From: Candidatus Latescibacterota bacterium
Lineage (GTDB): Bacteria; Latescibacterota; UBA2968; UBA8231
Assembly: GCA_965200315.1 (NCBI GenBank)
Contig: OZ241362.1
Coordinates: forward strand, 2,592,001-2,656,000
DNA: 64,000 nucleotides
Direction of reading: 5' to 3'
Positions 36,454 through 47,607 of the stretch are shown one piece after another. How positions within the stretch are numbered: the first letter of the stretch is position 1; every line of letters starts with the position of its first letter. The notes beneath the pieces are model-generated. The model searched no databases and was not told where the DNA came from. It worked only from the letters and a program-made list of their open reading frames with translations. Made by a program: the position numbers and the translations under genes.

Positions 36454-37821
36454 ATGGAACTGAATTGGCGAGAAATTGACCGCTGGATTTTTGGCGAGGC
36501 TTGGACCGGCTCGCAGATCGGCGACCACGTGGAGATGTTGTGCGAGCAGATCGGGCCGCGCTGGGCTTCTTCGGAGGGGGAGCGCCAAGCGGTGGAGTAC
36601 CTGCGGGAGCAGTTTGCGCAGGCCGGACTAGCCGATGCGGCGCTGGAGGAGTTTGCGCTGAATACTTGGGAGTACAAACGGGCACAAGCAACAGTGGAGG
36701 ATATGGAGATCGACCTCTTGCCCTACAATCGCTGTCCGCCGTGCGACCTCGAAGCCTCGATTGTCAATGCAGGATACGGTACGGAGCACGAAATCGACAG
36801 AGTGCGCGGCCAGCTCAAAGGGAGCATCGCCGTCATGCACCTAGCGCTGGAGCCTTTTACCGCGCCCTCGCCGCCCAATGTGCGGCTTGAAGCGCTAGGC
36901 GACGCCGGCGCGGTAGCGGTGGTGGCGATTGATCCAAAAGACGGGCGGCGGGTGGAGTATCACAACGGCGGAGATTGGCGCGAGCCAGAGGCCGCCGAGT
37001 TGCCCATGCCGGCGGTGACGACCTCGCGGGAACACGGCGCACTCTTGCAGAAGTGGGCCAGTGAGGGCAAGCGGCTCAAGCTAACCGTTGAGAGCCGGTT
37101 TTACCAAGCAGCGGCGCACAATGTGGTCGCCTCGATTCCCGGGGCGCAGTGGCCTATGGAGCGGCTGATGTTGGGCGGGCATCACGACACGGTGTACGGT
37201 GCGCCGGGAGGCAACGACAATGCCTCGGGGACCATTGCCGTGCTGGAGACAGCGCGGGTATTGGCCGGGCTAAAATCGGCGCTCGGGGTCGAGCCGGGGA
37301 TGAGCCTGTGCTTTGCGACGTACAGCGCCGAGGAGCAAATCTTCCAAGGGTCGAGCGAATACGTGCGGCAACACTGCGTTGAAAAGCCGCGGCTGGCGAT
37401 CAATCTCGACGAGCTATCAACCGGCTCGATCAAAGGGGTGGTGCTGGCGTTTGGGCATCTGCGCGACTTGGTGCAGGCCCAGTTCAATGCAATGGGCGAC
37501 GGACTGAAGTGCCACGTCATGTCCCAACTCGACGCGACCTCAGACCACTTTCCCTTTTTGCGCGAAGGCATTGACGCGGCGCATCTATGGCGTTGGCGCT
37601 TTAGCGGCCGGCACGCCGATTCCAACTACCACCACGAGCCAGCCGACACCGCCGACAAGCTCAACGTGCGGGAGTTAAAAGAATACGTCGGGCAGCTAGC
37701 GCGCCTGTTGTTGCGGCTGTCGCACGTGGCCCCCAAGGAATGGCCGGAGAATCCGCTGACCAAGGAGGCGGTCGAAAAACGGCTGGCGGCCGAGCGCGGG
37801 ACGGTGGTGCGGGTGTTTTAG
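36454..37821 (+). CDS. M28 family metallopeptidase with PA-like insert
   Basis: GGHHDTV, GGNDNASG, AEEQ, NLD, SDHFPF, YHH..ADT.DK. Confidence 0.92.
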   Translation: MELNWREIDRWIFGEAWTGSQIGDHVEMLCEQIGPRWASSEGERQAVEYLREQFAQAGLADAALEEFALNTWEYKRAQATVEDMEIDLLPYNRCPPCDLEASIVNAGYGTEHEIDRVRGQLKGSIAVMHLALEPFTAPSPPNVRLEALGDAGAVAVVAIDPKDGRRVEYHNGGDWREPEAAELPMPAVTTSREHGALLQKWASEGKRLKLTVESRFYQAAAHNVVASIPGAQWPMERLMLGGHHDTVYGAPGGNDNASGTIAVLETARVLAGLKSALGVEPGMSLCFATYSAEEQIFQGSSEYVRQHCVEKPRLAINLDELSTGSIKGVVLAFGHLRDLVQAQFNAMGDGLKCHVMSQLDATSDHFPFLREGIDAAHLWRWRFSGRHADSNYHHEPADTADKLNVRELKEYVGQLARLLLRLSHVAPKEWPENPLTKEAVEKRLAAERGTVVRVF

Positions 37822-37827
37822 GTGGCG

Positions 37828-38661
37828 TCAGGACCAGACGTAAATTTCGTCGTCGTCTGGGGACATGGCAAAGAAGATGGCCAGCACCGCCCGGGGCTGG
37901 TCGCCGACGACGGCAGGCACCTCGTGGATGTTTTCGCTAGAGAAAAAGTAGAGGTCGCCGGGTTCGAGCGGCACCTGGACGCGCTCAATGCCTTCGCGGG
38001 CGACGTAGGCAGCGAATTTCTCGCGCCCCAGATGCTCGGTCAGCTCGGGGCGAAAGGGACAGTTGTACAGGTACGGTTCACCCGTGCCGCCTTCCTTGGT
38101 GCTATTCTGGAAGCAGAGAACCCCAGCAAACTGGTGTTTGAAACGCGAAATCTGGTAGTCGAAAGCCTTCGTGCGCTTGGCGACGGAGTCGTAGTGCGGG
38201 CCGTGGCCGGTTGCCCGGTGATAGACGCGGAAGATGGCCGGGCCGTAGAGGCGGCCGTCCGGCTCACGCGCGGTCTTGACCTGTTTGCCGGGCGCGAGCT
38301 GGGAGAGAGCGTCGTACATAGTGCGGACCGGATCGCCATAGCCATCAAAGAGGGTCTCGAACAACGCCAGTGTCTCCGCGGAATGGGCGTGGAACTTTTC
38401 GCGGTCGCGGTGGTGGTGGCCAAAACTAGTGCCAATATCGACGCGACGCGCTTGGCCGTCGCCGACTTCGTGGGGGTCGTAGAGCAAGCTGCGCTCGTAG
38501 AAGCGCCGCATCAGCGCCCGGCAATGGGCGGGGTTGTAGTGCTGGCGCAGCACAAAGGCCGGCACCTCGCCGTGCGCTAGGGCCATCAGCGGCTCGGGGT
38601 ACTGGGTGAGGGTCTCGGGGATGGAGGCCTCGAATGGGGTCCAAGTTTGGATGGTTGTCAT
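37828..38661 (-). CDS. 2OG-Fe(II) oxygenase superfamily protein
   Basis: GPHYD (HxD), GDLYFF...IHEV, R 10 residues after the distal His. Confidence 0.82.
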   Translation of the reverse strand: MTTIQTWTPFEASIPETLTQYPEPLMALAHGEVPAFVLRQHYNPAHCRALMRRFYERSLLYDPHEVGDGQARRVDIGTSFGHHHRDREKFHAHSAETLALFETLFDGYGDPVRTMYDALSQLAPGKQVKTAREPDGRLYGPAIFRVYHRATGHGPHYDSVAKRTKAFDYQISRFKHQFAGVLCFQNSTKEGGTGEPYLYNCPFRPELTEHLGREKFAAYVAREGIERVQVPLEPGDLYFFSSENIHEVPAVVGDQPRAVLAIFFAMSPDDDEIYVWS

Positions 38662-38941
38662 GGCGGGGAATTTAATACGCGCCGTGGGCTGAGTCCACAC
38701 GGACTATTCGCTCAGTACAAGGCACTTACCTATATCAATGCTCCAAGCGGAGCCGGATGAATTCGCACGCAATCTGCCGGCCCTGGCGTTGGCGTTGGTC
38801 GCGGCGACAATTCAGCGCATTTTGCGCGGTCTGGCGAGCAATTCGGCGTAATCGAAGGGATCCGCCACCGGCAGTCCGCTGACGAGGGAGCGGGTGCCGG
38901 ATGGTGTGGCTAAACAACAATTATACGGCGCAAAGCGAATC

Positions 38942-40561
38942 CTATGTGTCCTCTTCGTCCTCTATCGCCTCAAGGTCAAACGCCGCCGCGATCAACGCCC
39001 GCGTGTAGGGCTTTTGTGGCGCGGCGAAAACCTCCTGAGTCGGTCCCTGCTCAACGACCAACCCCTCCTTCATTACAATCAGCTCGCTCGCCAAGGCGCG
39101 GACCACCTTCAAATCGTGACTGATGAACAAATAGGCCAAGCCGTGGCGCTCTTGTAGTTGCAGCAGTAGTTCGACGATTTGGGCCTGCACCGTTTTGTCC
39201 AACGCGCTAGTCGGTTCGTCGAGGACCACGAAGCGAGGCTTGAGGGCCATGGCGCGAGCGATGGCTATGCGCTGGCGTTGGCCGCCGGAGAACTCGTGCG
39301 GGTAGCGGTCCATGGTCAACGGGTCCAGGTTGACTTCGGCCATGGCCTCGGCTACTAGCTGCCGGCGCTGTTGGTAGTCGCCGCCGATTGCGTGAATCAG
39401 CAGGCCCTCCTCGATAACCTGAAAAGCCGACAGCCGCGGGCTCAGCGAGGCAAAGGGGTCCTGAAAGACGATCTGCATCTGTCGCCGCAGCGGGCGGAGC
39501 TGCTTTTGCTGCCAGCCCTCGATACCGTGGCCGTCGAATTCGATGGGGCCGTCGCTGGCGACTAGCCGCAAGAGCGCCTGCCCCAGCGTCGTCTTACCCG
39601 AACCAGATTCGCCGACAATGCCGACGGTCTGCCCCGCGCGGATACTGAGCGAAATTCCATCGACTGCTTTTACATGGCCCACGGTGCGGCGCAGCAGACC
39701 GCGTTTGATGGGAAAGTGGACCTTGAGGTTGTGGGTGCGGATGACTTCGGGCGCGGCCTCGTCGATCGGAGCCGGTTCGCCCTCGGGCTCGGAGGCTAGG
39801 AGCGTCCGGGTATAGGGGTGTTGCGGAGCGGTGAAGAGAGAATCGCTGGTATTGTGTTCGACGATCTCGCCGTCGCTCATCACATAGACGCGATCGGCCA
39901 TCTGGCGGACGATGCCCAGATCGTGGGTGATCAGCAGAATCGCCATGCCTAACCGGGCCTGCAAGTCCTTGAGTAGCGCGAGAATCTGCGCCTGTATGGT
40001 TACATCGAGCGCGGTGGTCGGCTCGTCGGCAATGAGCAGGTCTGGCTCATTGGCCAAGGCCATGGCGATCATCACCCGCTGGCGCTGACCGCCCGAAAGC
40101 TGATGCGGCCAAGCGTCTAGGCGCTCCTCGACATCCGGGAGGCCGACCAGCCCTAGCAGCTCCATAGCCCGGTTGCGCGCTTCCGCCCGGCTCAGGCCCC
40201 GATGCAAGATGAGCGTTTCGCACAGTTGCTTTTCGATGGAATGCAGCGGATTGAGCGAGGTCATCGGCTCTTGAAAAACCATCGCCACGCGGTCGCCGCG
40301 CAGCTCCTGCAACCGCGCCGATGCAGCACCCAACAGCTCTTCACCGTCGAAGCGGACGCTGCCATGGGGATGGCTAGCGCGCGGATAGGGCAACAGTTGC
40401 AGCACCGAGAGCGCGGTCACCGACTTGCCCGAGCCGGATTCGCCGACCAGCACCACGGTCTCGCCGCGTTCGATGTGCAGCGAAGCACTGCGCACGGCCT
40501 CGACATCTTCTCCCTCAACGTGGAAGCGCACACCCAAGTTTTCGATGGTCAGCAGGCTCAT
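38942..40561 (-). CDS. yejF: Peptide ABC transporter ATP-binding protein, two ABC domains (YejF-like)
   Basis: [24 protein letters not shown]; second domain [16 protein letters not shown]. Confidence 0.92.
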   Translation of the reverse strand: MSLLTIENLGVRFHVEGEDVEAVRSASLHIERGETVVLVGESGSGKSVTALSVLQLLPYPRASHPHGSVRFDGEELLGAASARLQELRGDRVAMVFQEPMTSLNPLHSIEKQLCETLILHRGLSRAEARNRAMELLGLVGLPDVEERLDAWPHQLSGGQRQRVMIAMALANEPDLLIADEPTTALDVTIQAQILALLKDLQARLGMAILLITHDLGIVRQMADRVYVMSDGEIVEHNTSDSLFTAPQHPYTRTLLASEPEGEPAPIDEAAPEVIRTHNLKVHFPIKRGLLRRTVGHVKAVDGISLSIRAGQTVGIVGESGSGKTTLGQALLRLVASDGPIEFDGHGIEGWQQKQLRPLRRQMQIVFQDPFASLSPRLSAFQVIEEGLLIHAIGGDYQQRRQLVAEAMAEVNLDPLTMDRYPHEFSGGQRQRIAIARAMALKPRFVVLDEPTSALDKTVQAQIVELLLQLQERHGLAYLFISHDLKVVRALASELIVMKEGLVVEQGPTQEVFAAPQKPYTRALIAAAFDLEAIEDEEDT

Positions 40562-41646
40562 GCGCCGTCCTCCCCGGCGTAGGTCTTGCGCGGATCAAAG
40601 GCGTCGCGCACCGCCTCGCCGATAAAGACCAACAGCGACAACATCACCGCCAGCGCGAAAAAGGCCGTAAAGCCTAGCCACGGCGCCTGGAGGTTGCGCT
40701 TGCCTTGGTTGAGCAGTTCGCCCAGCGACGGCGAGCCGGGCGGCAGGCCAAAGCCGAGGAAGTCGAGCGAGGTCAGCACCGCTACCGAGCCGGTGAGCAC
40801 AAAGGGCAAAAAGGTCAGGGTAGAGACCATGGCGTTGGGCAACACGTGCCGCCACATGATGCGGCGGTTGCTCTGGCCGAGCGCGCGGGCCGCCTTGACG
40901 AAATCGAAGTTGCGCGCGCGCAAAAATTCGGCGCGCACCACCCCGACCAAACCCATCCAGCGAAACAGCAGCAACAAGCCGAGCAGCCACCAGAAATTCG
41001 GCTCCACCACGCTGGCGAGGATGATCAGCAGGTAGAGCAGCGGCAAGCCCTGCCAAATCTCGATAAAGCGCTGGAAGAGCAGGTCCACCCAGCCGCCGAA
41101 ATACCCCTGCACCGCGCCGGCGGCAATGCCGATCGCCGCGCTGAACAGCGTCAGCAGCAGGCCGAAGAGCACGGAGATGCGGTAGCCGTAGATCACGCGT
41201 GCCACCACGTCGCGCGCTTGGTCGTCCGTGCCGAGCCAGTTTTCAGCGTCGGGTGGGGAAGGAGCCGGCTGCTTGAGGTCGTAGTTGACCGTGTCGTAGC
41301 TATAGGACACCAGCGGCCACAAGATCCAGCCCTTTTCCTCGATTAGCTCCTTGACGAAGGGATCGCGGTATTCGGCCTCGGTCGCGAAATCGCCGCCAAA
41401 AGTCGTTTCGGGGTACGTCGCAAGGACCGGGAAGTAATAGCTGCCGTCGAACCGGACGACCAGCGGGCGGTCGTTGGCAATGAACTCAGCCGGCAGGCTC
41501 AGGGCGAAGAGGCCCCAGAAGATCCAGCAACTCCAAAAGCCGCGGCGGTTGCGGCGAAAATTGGCCAGCCGCCGTTGATTGAGCCGCGACAACTGCAAGC
41601 CGAGAAAGCGCGTCGGAGGGGGCGGTGGGGCGAATACAGTGCTCAC
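40558..41646 (-). CDS. yejE: Peptide ABC transporter permease (YejE-like)
   Basis: [42 protein letters not shown]. Confidence 0.92.
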   Translation of the reverse strand: MSTVFAPPPPPTRFLGLQLSRLNQRRLANFRRNRRGFWSCWIFWGLFALSLPAEFIANDRPLVVRFDGSYYFPVLATYPETTFGGDFATEAEYRDPFVKELIEEKGWILWPLVSYSYDTVNYDLKQPAPSPPDAENWLGTDDQARDVVARVIYGYRISVLFGLLLTLFSAAIGIAAGAVQGYFGGWVDLLFQRFIEIWQGLPLLYLLIILASVVEPNFWWLLGLLLLFRWMGLVGVVRAEFLRARNFDFVKAARALGQSNRRIMWRHVLPNAMVSTLTFLPFVLTGSVAVLTSLDFLGFGLPPGSPSLGELLNQGKRNLQAPWLGFTAFFALAVMLSLLVFIGEAVRDAFDPRKTYAGEDGA

Positions 41647-42746
41647 GATTCGCGGCTTTCAAAGTCGATGCGGCGGTCGACCAGCGTGTAGGCCAGATCG
41701 CCGACCAACTGCATCAGCAGGCCTAGCAAGGTGAAGAAATACAGCGTGGCAAACATCACCGGGTAGTCGCGGCCAATAGCCGCCTCGTAGCCCAGCAAAC
41801 CCAACCCGTCCAGCGAGAAGATGATTTCCGTCAACAGCGCCCCGGTGAAGAAGATATCGATAAAAGCACTGGGGAAACCGGCGATGACGATCAGCATGGC
41901 GTTGCGGAAGACGTGGCCGTAGAGCACCCGATTTTCGCTCAGGCCCTTGGCGCGGGCGGTGGTGACGTAGAGCTTGTTGATCTCGTCTAGAAAGGAATTT
42001 TTAGTCAGCAAGGTCAGCCCGGCAAAACCGCCGATGACCATCGCCGCGACCGGCAGCGCTAGGTGCCAGAAGTAGTCGGCGATCTTGGCAAAGAGGCTCA
42101 GTTCATCCCAATTAGCCGAGGTCAGGCCGCGCAGCGGAAACCAGTCGAGGTAATGCCCGCCGGCAAAAACCACGATCAGCAGGATGGCAAAGAGAAAGCT
42201 GGGGATGGCGTAGCCGACGATGACCAGCCCCGAGGTCCAGACATCGAACCGCGAGCCATCGCGCACGGCTTTGGCGATCCCCAGGGGGATGGAGATGAAA
42301 TAGACCAGCAGCGTGGTCCATAGCCCTAGCGAAATCGACACCGGCATCTTCTCTTTGACCAGATCGACGACCCGTTGGTCGCGGTAAAAGCTCTCGCCGA
42401 AGTCGAAGCGCACGTACTGGCCGATCATCTGCAAGAAGCGCTCGTGTACCGGCTTATCGAAACCGTACATGCGTTCGAGCTCGGCGATCAGCTCGGGATC
42501 GAGCCCTTGGGCACCTCGGTATTTGCTGCTGATATCGCCGCCCGGCGTCGCGTCTGTGTCGAGAGTCTCGCCCATCCCCGAGCCGCTGACCCGCTCGGTG
42601 GCGTCCGTGCCAAAGCCCTGAATCACCGCGATGGTGCGCTCGACCGGGCCGCCCGGTGCCGCTTGGATAATGAGGAAGTTGATGGTCATGATGCCGAAGA
42701 GGGTCGGCACCATCAGCAGCAAGCGGCGGAGGATATAAGCGCCCAT
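41643..42746 (-). CDS. yejB: Peptide ABC transporter permease (YejB-like)
   Basis: [43 protein letters not shown]. Confidence 0.93.
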   Translation of the reverse strand: MGAYILRRLLLMVPTLFGIMTINFLIIQAAPGGPVERTIAVIQGFGTDATERVSGSGMGETLDTDATPGGDISSKYRGAQGLDPELIAELERMYGFDKPVHERFLQMIGQYVRFDFGESFYRDQRVVDLVKEKMPVSISLGLWTTLLVYFISIPLGIAKAVRDGSRFDVWTSGLVIVGYAIPSFLFAILLIVVFAGGHYLDWFPLRGLTSANWDELSLFAKIADYFWHLALPVAAMVIGGFAGLTLLTKNSFLDEINKLYVTTARAKGLSENRVLYGHVFRNAMLIVIAGFPSAFIDIFFTGALLTEIIFSLDGLGLLGYEAAIGRDYPVMFATLYFFTLLGLLMQLVGDLAYTLVDRRIDFESRES

Positions 42747-42755
42747 AAAAGCGGG

Positions 42756-44594
42756 CTAACGGCCCTGTTCCAGCCGCGCCGCCTTCTCTGCGTCGTACCA
42801 CCAAGTAGAGGGCATGACGAAGTAGTCGCCGGTGTAGGGGGCAGAGAGGGCGGGTTTGCCAAACTTATCCCAGTGAACCACGCGGAAGCTGTCGCTGTAC
42901 CAATGCGGGATGGTGTAGTGGCCCCATAGCAATATCCGGTCCATTGCCCGGGTCGTCGCCACCAGTTCGGCGCGGCTAGGAGCCTGAATCAATCGTTCGA
43001 CCAACTCATCGACAACCGGGTCTTTAATGCCAGCGACATTGCCGCTGCCCGGCTCGTCCGCAACAACACTGGTCCAGCTGTTGCGCTGCTCATTGCCGGG
43101 ACTGTGGCTTTGGCCGCGGACTAAGACGATGACGTCGTAGTCAAAGGCCTGGAGCCTGTTTTGATATTGGGTCTGATCAACGGTGCGGATCGTCGCTTTG
43201 ACGCCGAGGCGTTTGAGGTTGGGAATCATTGGCGCGACAATGCGTTCCCACGACGAACTGGAGAGCAAAAATTCGATTTCCATGACCTCGCCGCTCTCGG
43301 CATGGGTCAGGGTATTGTCGACAACTACCCAGCCCGCTTCTTGCAGAAGCTGTTTGGCCGCCCGCAGGTTTTGCCGGAGCCGACCCGACCCATTGGTCGT
43401 GGGTAGCTGAAACTCAGTGGTAAAAAGTTCGTCGGGGATGCGGCCCCGGTACTCCTCCAAAATTTCCAGCTCCCGGCCCGCGGGCAGCCCCGCAGAGGCC
43501 AACTCCGAATTGGCGAAGTAGCTGTTGCTGCGGGTGTAGAGGCTGTAGAACAGATTCTTGTTGGTCCACTCAAAGTCAAAGGCATAGCCAAGAGCTCGCC
43601 GCACCCGGGAATCTGCAAATTTGGCGCGGCGCGTGTTGAACCAGAAAGCCTGCATACCAGCGGCGCGCTGATGAGGCAGTGGGTCCTTGACTAGCCTGCC
43701 AGCGGCCAAGGCTTCTCCTTCGTAGGCCGTTGACCAGTCCTTGGACGAGTTTTCGCGGCGGTAGTCAAATTCACCGGCCTTGAGCGCCTCGATGGCCACG
43801 GTCTGGTCTCGGTAGTAGTCGAAGTGAATGCGGTCGAAGTTGAAGCGGCCCTTGTTGACGGGCAGGTCGCGGCCCCAGTAGTCTGCGACGCGCTCGTAGG
43901 TAATCGAGCGCCCGGCCTCGACCGCGGCAATTCGGTAGGGTCCGCTGCCCAGCGGCGGGTCGAGCGTGGTTTCCTCGAAGTTGCGGCCCTCCCAGTAGTG
44001 TTTGGGCAGGATGGACATCTGGCCAGCGATCACCGGTAGTTCTTTGTTGGTCTCCCCGCTGAAGATCAACCGAACTTGACGCGCTCCGACTTTTTCGGCG
44101 GCCTCGATGGCCGCAAAATAGTTGCGCAATCCGGGATGTCCCTTGGTCTTATAGGTCTCCAGAGAGAAGATCACGTCCTCGGGGGTTATGGGCTTGCCGT
44201 CGTGCCAGTGCGCCTCCGACCGCAGAGTATAGAGCACCCAAGCGTTGTCGGGCGGGACTTCAATGCGCTCGACGAGGCGTCCGTATTCGATGGCGATTTC
44301 GTCGTCGGCGCGTTCGGTGAGGGTGTCGTAGAGCAGGCTACTCAGGCGCGGCGGCTCAATACCTTTGATGATGTGGGGGTTGAGGTTGTCGAAGGTGCCG
44401 ATCCAACCTAAGCGCAGGGTACCGCCCTTCGGGGCGTCGGGGTTGGCATATGCAAAATGGGTAAAGTCGGGGCCGTATTTGAGCTCACCGTAGATGGAGA
44501 TGCCGTGGCCGACGTAGTTGTCGGCATGGGCGGGAAGCGCCGTCAGGATGGCGGTTAGGGCGAGGGTGAGGCGGCCCTGCTTTTGGACGTTCAT
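42756..44594 (-). CDS. yejA: Peptide ABC transporter substrate-binding protein (YejA-like, copy 2)
   Basis: HGI..YGELKY..DFTHF.YANPDAPKGG, PLGSGPY, SPGNEQR; start MNVQK overlaps the upstream stop. Confidence 0.9.
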   Translation of the reverse strand: MNVQKQGRLTLALTAILTALPAHADNYVGHGISIYGELKYGPDFTHFAYANPDAPKGGTLRLGWIGTFDNLNPHIIKGIEPPRLSSLLYDTLTERADDEIAIEYGRLVERIEVPPDNAWVLYTLRSEAHWHDGKPITPEDVIFSLETYKTKGHPGLRNYFAAIEAAEKVGARQVRLIFSGETNKELPVIAGQMSILPKHYWEGRNFEETTLDPPLGSGPYRIAAVEAGRSITYERVADYWGRDLPVNKGRFNFDRIHFDYYRDQTVAIEALKAGEFDYRRENSSKDWSTAYEGEALAAGRLVKDPLPHQRAAGMQAFWFNTRRAKFADSRVRRALGYAFDFEWTNKNLFYSLYTRSNSYFANSELASAGLPAGRELEILEEYRGRIPDELFTTEFQLPTTNGSGRLRQNLRAAKQLLQEAGWVVVDNTLTHAESGEVMEIEFLLSSSSWERIVAPMIPNLKRLGVKATIRTVDQTQYQNRLQAFDYDVIVLVRGQSHSPGNEQRNSWTSVVADEPGSGNVAGIKDPVVDELVERLIQAPSRAELVATTRAMDRILLWGHYTIPHWYSDSFRVVHWDKFGKPALSAPYTGDYFVMPSTWWYDAEKAARLEQGR

Positions 44595-46411
44595 TCGGAT
44601 TCCAAGCGCGCCGCCTGTTCCGCGTCCCACCACCACGTATCGGGAAAGCCCAACCCATTAGGGGCTGGCTCTGGCATCCGTCCGAACTTGTTCCAGTAGG
44701 CCAAGCGATAGGAGCGGCTGTGCGAGTCGGGGATCACGTAGTGGTTCCAGAGCAAGATGCGGTCGAGAGCGTGGGTTATCGCGACCTGTGTTGGACGGTC
44801 GGGAGCGGCGATCTGGCGCTCGATTAGCTCGTCGATGACCGGGTCGGCGATGCCGACGTAATTGCGGCTGCCCGCAGATTGTGCCGCCGCGCTCGACCAA
44901 AAGTTGCGCTGCTCATTGCCCGGACTCAAGGTCTGGCGCCAAGAAGCGGCGATGATGTCGAAATCGAAGTCCTGGACGCGGTTTTGGTACTGGGCCGCGT
45001 CAACCGTGCGAATGGTCGCCTCAATGCCGAGGCGTTCGAGGTTTTGCACGAGGGGGCTGAGGACGCGCTCGTAAGACGAGGAGCCGAGCAAGAATTCAAA
45101 GCGCATTACCTCGCCGCTCTCAGCGTGAGTCAGCACTCCATCGACGACGGTCCAGCCGGCTTCGGTGAGCAGATTTTTAGCCGTGCGCAGGTTTTGGCGG
45201 AGCTGGCCCGAGCCGTTGGTCGCTGGTGGCGCGTAGGCAGCGGTAAAGACCTCGTCCGGTATCCGCCCCTCGTAAGTCTGCAAAATTTCCAACTCCTGTC
45301 CCGTGGGCAACCCCGACGACCCAAGGTCTGAGTTGCCCCAATAGCTGTTGCTGCGGGTGAGGAGGCCGTAGAACAGGTTCTTGTTAGTCCACTCAAAATC
45401 ATAGGCAAAGGCGAGGGCCTGCCGCACCTTGGGGTCTTTGAACTTGTTGCGCCGGGTATTGAACGCAAAGCCCGACATGCCGCGGATGAGCTGGTGTGGA
45501 ATCTGCACCTTGATCATCCGTTCCTCGGCGATCGGCGCAAAGTCCTCGTAGTCAGTAGCCCATTCCTTGGGGTTGCTCAACAGGCGATAGTCGTACTCTC
45601 CCGTCTTGAAGGCTTCGATGGCCACGGTCTGGTCTCGGTAGTACTCGTAGCGGATGCGGTCGAAGTTGTGGCGGCCCTTGTGTACGGGTAGGTCGCGCGC
45701 CCAGTAGTCGGCGACGCGCTCGTAGGTAATCGAGCGGCCCGGCTCAAACTCGGCGATCTTGTAAGGGCCGCTGCCCAGAGGCGGCTCAAGCGTGGTAGCG
45801 GCGAATTCGCGCCCTTCCCAATAGTGCTTGGGCAACACGCGCAACTGGCCGATGATCAGCGGCATTTCGCGGTTGGTCCCTTCCTTGAACTCGAACTTCA
45901 CTTGGCGCTCGTCGAGGGCGAAAACCGTGTCAACGTCGGCGTAGAAGGTGCGAAAGAACGGGATGCCCTTAGTGGTGAGGATCTCAAAGCTGAAGATCAC
46001 GTCGGCCGCGGTCACGGGGACGCCATCGTGCCAGCGCGCTTTGGGATGGAGTTCAAAGATGATCCAAGAGCGGTCCTCCGGCATCTGCATCTGCGCGGCA
46101 AGCTGGCCGTATTCGGTGAAGGACTCGTCCTTGGACTTGGTGCAGAGCCGGTTGTAGAGCATCAACGAACCGGCAGCAGCGACGCCCTTGAGGGTGAAGG
46201 GATTGAGGTTGTCGTACGTGCCGATGGCGGCGAGGTGGATTTCGCCGCCTTTGGGGGCGTCGGGATTGACGTAGTCGAAGTGGGTAAAATCAGGCCCGTA
46301 CTTGGGGTCGCCGTAGAGCGTGAAGGCGTGGGCGCGGAGGACTGTGCTGTCCGCGGCATGGGCCACCGAGGCGAGGATAAAGCAGAAAACTAGCGAGCTC
46401 ATGATCCACAT
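44591..46411 (-). CDS. yejA: Peptide ABC transporter substrate-binding protein (YejA-like, copy 1)
   Basis: HAF..YGDPKY..DFTHFDYVNPDAPKGG, PLGSGPY, SPGNEQR. Confidence 0.9.
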   Translation of the reverse strand: MWIMSSLVFCFILASVAHAADSTVLRAHAFTLYGDPKYGPDFTHFDYVNPDAPKGGEIHLAAIGTYDNLNPFTLKGVAAAGSLMLYNRLCTKSKDESFTEYGQLAAQMQMPEDRSWIIFELHPKARWHDGVPVTAADVIFSFEILTTKGIPFFRTFYADVDTVFALDERQVKFEFKEGTNREMPLIIGQLRVLPKHYWEGREFAATTLEPPLGSGPYKIAEFEPGRSITYERVADYWARDLPVHKGRHNFDRIRYEYYRDQTVAIEAFKTGEYDYRLLSNPKEWATDYEDFAPIAEERMIKVQIPHQLIRGMSGFAFNTRRNKFKDPKVRQALAFAYDFEWTNKNLFYGLLTRSNSYWGNSDLGSSGLPTGQELEILQTYEGRIPDEVFTAAYAPPATNGSGQLRQNLRTAKNLLTEAGWTVVDGVLTHAESGEVMRFEFLLGSSSYERVLSPLVQNLERLGIEATIRTVDAAQYQNRVQDFDFDIIAASWRQTLSPGNEQRNFWSSAAAQSAGSRNYVGIADPVIDELIERQIAAPDRPTQVAITHALDRILLWNHYVIPDSHSRSYRLAYWNKFGRMPEPAPNGLGFPDTWWWDAEQAARLESE

Positions 46412-46657
46412 GAGAATTGTCGTTTCGTGTGAGGGCGATAAAACGGATAATTAGTGAGGACATAGGAAGTTATGTCATAAACTCTGGATACGTCATTTAT
46501 GGTCGCCTTTGTTTAGACAAGCATAGGAGGCGGGGACACTTATGGGCTTCTGTAAAATTAACCTGAAAAGGCATTCACGGCCACCGACGCGGTTGGCCGC
46601 AGGGCGGCTCTTTTCTATCTTGCCGACCTACAATTCGCTACGCGAGGAGGACGGCCG

Positions 46658-47455
46658 GTGCTGACGCCCAAACAAAAAGAACACTTTGACGTCTTTGGCT
46701 TTCTCTGCCTGCGCCAAGCGTTTGCCCCGCACGAGATGGCCGAGATTACCGAGGCCGCCGACCAAGTGTGGCGCGAAGCCCGGGGCGGCCAACCCGACGA
46801 CGGCCAGCACCAGGGCCTTGCGCCTTTTGCCGAACTAAATCCCCGGCTTTTGGATTTAGCCGAGGACGACCGCATTTTCGAGGTCGTAGCCGACCTCTTA
46901 GGAGACGCCTTCCTGTGGTCGGGATCGGAGGGCAACAAGGAGGGGCATACCGACAAGGGGGAGCACAACTGGCATGCGGATCGGCCAGGAGCCGCAGAGA
47001 CCGAGTACCGGCGGCTCAAGGTGATGATTTACCTGACGCCCACTACCAAAGAACAGGGTGCGCTGCGGGTGATTCCCGGTTCGCACCGCATGCCCTTCCA
47101 CGAGTGGTTGTGGCCCTTACAGGCCCACCACTTCAAGGACGGCACGATCGGCGACAGCTTCGGGGCGCGGGGCGAGGACATCCCTTCCTGCGCGGTGGAG
47201 ACCAAGCCCGGCGACGTGGTCTTTTTTCACCACAGCCTCTTTCACGCGGCCTACGGCAAGTTCCCCGAGCGGCGCTACATCGCCTTCAAGTTCGTCACCC
47301 GGCCCGACACCGAGGCCGAGCTGCGCTCCATGCAGCACTACGCAGCCGGGGCCTTTGACGTCGATCCGGCGCTCTTAGCAAGGCCCCGGCTGCGCTCCAT
47401 TGCCGAGGGTCTGATCTCCTTGGGGCAACAGGCGAATGCTTTAACAGGTCAATAG
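46658..47455 (+). CDS. Phytanoyl-CoA dioxygenase (PhyH) family protein
   Basis: LT..Q..HF..FGF, WHAD, GALRVIPGSH, PGDVVFFH..L.H; GAGGAGG RBS. Confidence 0.92.
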   Translation: MLTPKQKEHFDVFGFLCLRQAFAPHEMAEITEAADQVWREARGGQPDDGQHQGLAPFAELNPRLLDLAEDDRIFEVVADLLGDAFLWSGSEGNKEGHTDKGEHNWHADRPGAAETEYRRLKVMIYLTPTTKEQGALRVIPGSHRMPFHEWLWPLQAHHFKDGTIGDSFGARGEDIPSCAVETKPGDVVFFHHSLFHAAYGKFPERRYIAFKFVTRPDTEAELRSMQHYAAGAFDVDPALLARPRLRSIAEGLISLGQQANALTGQ

Positions 47456-47469
47456 AGGCATCTTGGGCG

Positions 47470-47498
47470 TTGACAGGGTTCGCCCGTTCTGCTAGCTT
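47470..47498 (+). promoter_or_regulatory. sigma70-type promoter of the methyltransferase
   Basis: TTGACA - 17 bp - TAGCTT with extended -10 TG. Confidence 0.6.
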
Positions 47499-47607
47499 CA
47501 GATTCATCCTTTAAGTCTGTTCACTACCAACGTAACCCAATGTGGCTCAGTTAATTAGGAGACTGTGGGAATTGGCCGGCCCAACAAAGTGGGGTGAGAA
47601 AAAGGAC

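Noticed and set aside
37822-38580. Long antisense or alternative-frame ORFs (also 49216-50097, 29868-30659, 50679-51470, 20458-21189)
   Set aside because: These are shadow ORFs opposite well-supported genes, expected in GC-rich DNA, and show no motifs.
37828-38661. Possible WelO5-like halogenase
   Set aside because: It retains HxD (HYD); 2OG halogenases replace the Asp with Gly or Ala.
38700-38940. Unassigned spacer between the 2OG oxygenase and yejF
   Set aside because: It contains only short ORFs without motifs, and no terminator or repeat could be supported.
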